64,000 nt of DNA, from contig CM075998.1 of NCBI GenBank assembly GCA_038087875.1, positions 3,784,001 through 3,848,000 of the forward strand. Direction: 5' to 3'. This stretch comes from Malacoraja senta. Lineage: Eukaryota. The notes under the pieces are model-generated. The model did no database searches, was not told the origin of the DNA, and worked only from the letters and a program-made list of their open reading frames with translations. A program made the translations under genes and the position numbers. Numbering within the stretch: the stretch's first letter is position 1; every line of letters begins with the position of its first letter. Shown here piece by piece: positions 61,181 to 64,000 of this stretch.

Positions 61181-64000
61181 GTAGGTCCGCTACAACTTTG
61201 AAACTTATCACATTTATTTGCATGATTTTAAGTATCTGTTTGTTACAAAGGAAGGTGGAAGCTAAATTTGGTAGTCATCAAAACAGGCAAAGGGATGCAA
61301 TAACTTTGTGCTGGGAGCTTATAAGGGGGCAACACGATGGCGCAGCTGTGGATTTGCTGCCTCTCAGAGCCAGAGTCTGTACGGAGTTTGTACGTTCTCT
61401 ACGTGGGTTTTCTCTGGGAACTCCGGTTTCCTCCCACACTCCAAATACATACAGGTGTGTAGGTTAATTGGCTTGATGTAATTATAAATTGTCCCTAGTG
61501 TGTAGGATAGTGTTAGTGCGAGGGGATCGCTGGTCAGCGCGGGCTCGGTGGGCTGTGGGGCCTGTTTCCGCATTGTATCTCTAAACCAAACTAAACTTAT
61601 TGCTATGATGTGCAGCCAGAAGCAGAAGCAACTAACCAGAATAACCTGACAAAACTCCCTTGGAGGAGATAATATTTGCTGTAATTGGCGCATCTATTGC
61701 TATAACTGTGGCCAGCTGTGAGACTGAAGCGGTAGAAGATAACATTGCCATTTCACAAAAAAAGACACAAAATGCTGGAGTAACTCAGCGGGTCAAGCAG
61801 CTTCTCTGGAGAACACGGATAGGTGACGTTTCAGGTCTGCACCCTTCTTCAGATTGATTGTAGGGAGGGGAGAGGGGAAAGAAAGCAAGAAGAAATCACA
61901 TCCCACTCATCCTAGAATCTTGTTAAAGAAGGAACTGCAGATGCTGGAAAATCGAAGGTACACAAAAATGCTGGAGAAACTCAGCGGGTGCAGCAGCATC
62001 TATGGAGCGAAGGAAATAGGCAACGTTTCGGGCTGAACCCTTCTTCAGATTGATTTAGAAACTGCTGATGTACGTTCATAAGTTATAGAAGCAGAATTAG
62101 GCCATTCAGCCCATCAAGTCTACTCTGCCACTCAATCATGGCTGATCTTTCTTTCCCTCAACCCCATTCTCCTGCTTTCTGCCCATAACCCCTGACACCC
62201 GTAGTAATCAAGAATCTATCAATTTCCAAGCCAAAAGTATCTATTGGCTTGGCCTCCACAGCCGTCAGTGGCAATGAATTCCAGATTCACCACCCTCTGA
62301 CTAAAGAAATCCGCCTCCTTTCTCTAGGGACGTCCTTTTATTCCGAGCCTATGGCCTCTGGTCCTAGAATCCCCCACTAGTGGAAACATCCTCTCCACAT
62401 CCACTCCATCCAGGCCTTTCACTATTTGAAAGTGCGGATATATCTACAAGCTGCAAGCAAATCATGCAGTCACACATGGTGTGGATGCTGTCTGCAAGCT
62501 AACCTTTATGTGTTGCGGCACTACCTGAACAGATTTGGTTTCTCAGCACCCACGATATGTCCACTCCCGAATTAACTTCCTCACCAGCATTGCCGCTCAG
62601 AACAATATCAGAATACATCTGTTTTAGGAGACTGCTGGGAAACCATAAGCAACAAAAACAAAAAGCTATTCCCCATTGCTTCAAAGTGAAACAAAATATG
62701 TCTATGATCAGCAGCTTGGATTATAGACTTGGATTGTAAATCAGTAGCTGTTGCTGCAAATTAAATATGGTGACGGAAGATGATTTGGAATACAAGCTTA
62801 TTCCGAGCTTTCACAAGAGAGGAATTCAAAACTCTTTTTATCTACGATTGGTGTATAAAAGCATGAGAGGAATAGATCAGGTGGACGCACAGAGTCTCTT
62901 TCCCTGAGTGGGGGAAGAGGGAACCAGAGGACGTAGGTTTAAGGTGAAGGGGAAAAGAATCTGAGGGTTAACTTTTCCACACAATGGTGGTGGGTGTATG
63001 GAACGAGCTGCCAGAGGAGGTAGTTGAGGCAGGGACTATCACAACGTTTAAGAAACAATTCGACAGGTACATGGATAGGACAGGTTTAGAGGGATATGGG
63101 CCAAACTCAGGCAAATGGGACTAGTGTAGATGGGACATGTTGGTCGGTGTGGGCAAGTTAGGCCGAAGGGTCTGTTTCCACACTATGACTACTGAAAAGT
63201 ATTTAAATTATTTGCAGATCTTTCCATTCTACCTCTACATATGCAGTTGCAATTTACATCTCAACACTCTGTTTGAAACTGGGTGCCCAAACATATGGTT
63301 CTTCACAGTTTATTTAATAATGTATCTTGGGTTGTCAGATTCTTTGCTTGTTGATGCAGCCAAACCACACATATACAGCATCAGCTCTTGCTTTGTGGCC
63401 CAAGAAACATCTTTTATGCCCTCGGCTTAATGTCTGATAAAATGGCCTCACATTGTGTAATGTTGATTTCCTGCTTCGACCATAAGCAGGTGTAAATGAT
63501 GCAAGAGTCGGATTAATGACTGGGAAAAGGGTGACATTCGGTGAGATAAGAAAGAATATGGTCGAACTGAACAACAGCAGAACTCCAAATCTGAGATTGG
63601 GACAAATTAATTCATACGAATCAGAAGTGGACTGGAGGGCGGCAGCTTCGGCCACCCCGGGCCGCGGAGTTTGAACCGGCCCGTCGCGGACGGAGCACGG
63701 AATCAGCCGCGGGACTGACTTACCATCACCCGGCGGGGCCACAACATCAGAAGCCTGGATCGCCTCAGCGCAGAGGGAGAACAAAGAGGGAAGAGACAGA
63801 GACTTTAAGACTTTTGCCTCCATCACAGTGAGGAGGTGCCTGGTGAACTCACTGTGGTGGATGTTAATTTGTGTTTATTGTGTGTTTTGTTATTTATTAT
63901 ATGTATGACTGCAGGCAACGAAATTTCGTTCAGACCGAAAGGTCTGAATGACAAATAAAGGAATCTAAGTCTAAATCTAAAGTGGGAATCAATGACATCT

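Overview
This is eukaryotic vertebrate genomic DNA. The repeat content (CR1 LINEs, tRNA-headed V-SINE/HE1-like SINEs, Penelope remnants) points to a cartilaginous fish, probably a skate or ray; that assignment is inference. Two spliced genes lie head to head. DAZAP2 is complete on the - strand (4 coding exons, 18698 to 2538, 164 aa, CpG-rich promoter at about 18.5-18.85 kb). The 5' part of POU6F1/Brn-5 is on the + strand (CpG-rich promoter at about 27.8-28.7 kb; six coding exons from 38543 to 61180; the POU and homeodomain exons lie beyond the window). Most entries in the ORF track are spurious or transposon-derived. Introns hold a full-length but dead IR/DR Tc1 element, CR1, Rex/L2-like and Tx1-like LINE pieces, a hAT-like composite, a Harbinger-like MITE and many SINEs. 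The most notable observations are: (1) a family of short fold-back Penelope-derived inserts with 12-15 bp target-site duplications and a minimal hammerhead-ribozyme core; (2) three exact POU6F1-consensus sites in the POU6F1 promoter and an intron, suggesting autoregulation; (3) stop-start coupled uORFs at the POU6F1 start codon; (4) a shifted PPxY motif in DAZAP2; (5) several local duplication/inversion scars. Homology calls come from recalled vertebrate protein sequences, not from a database search.
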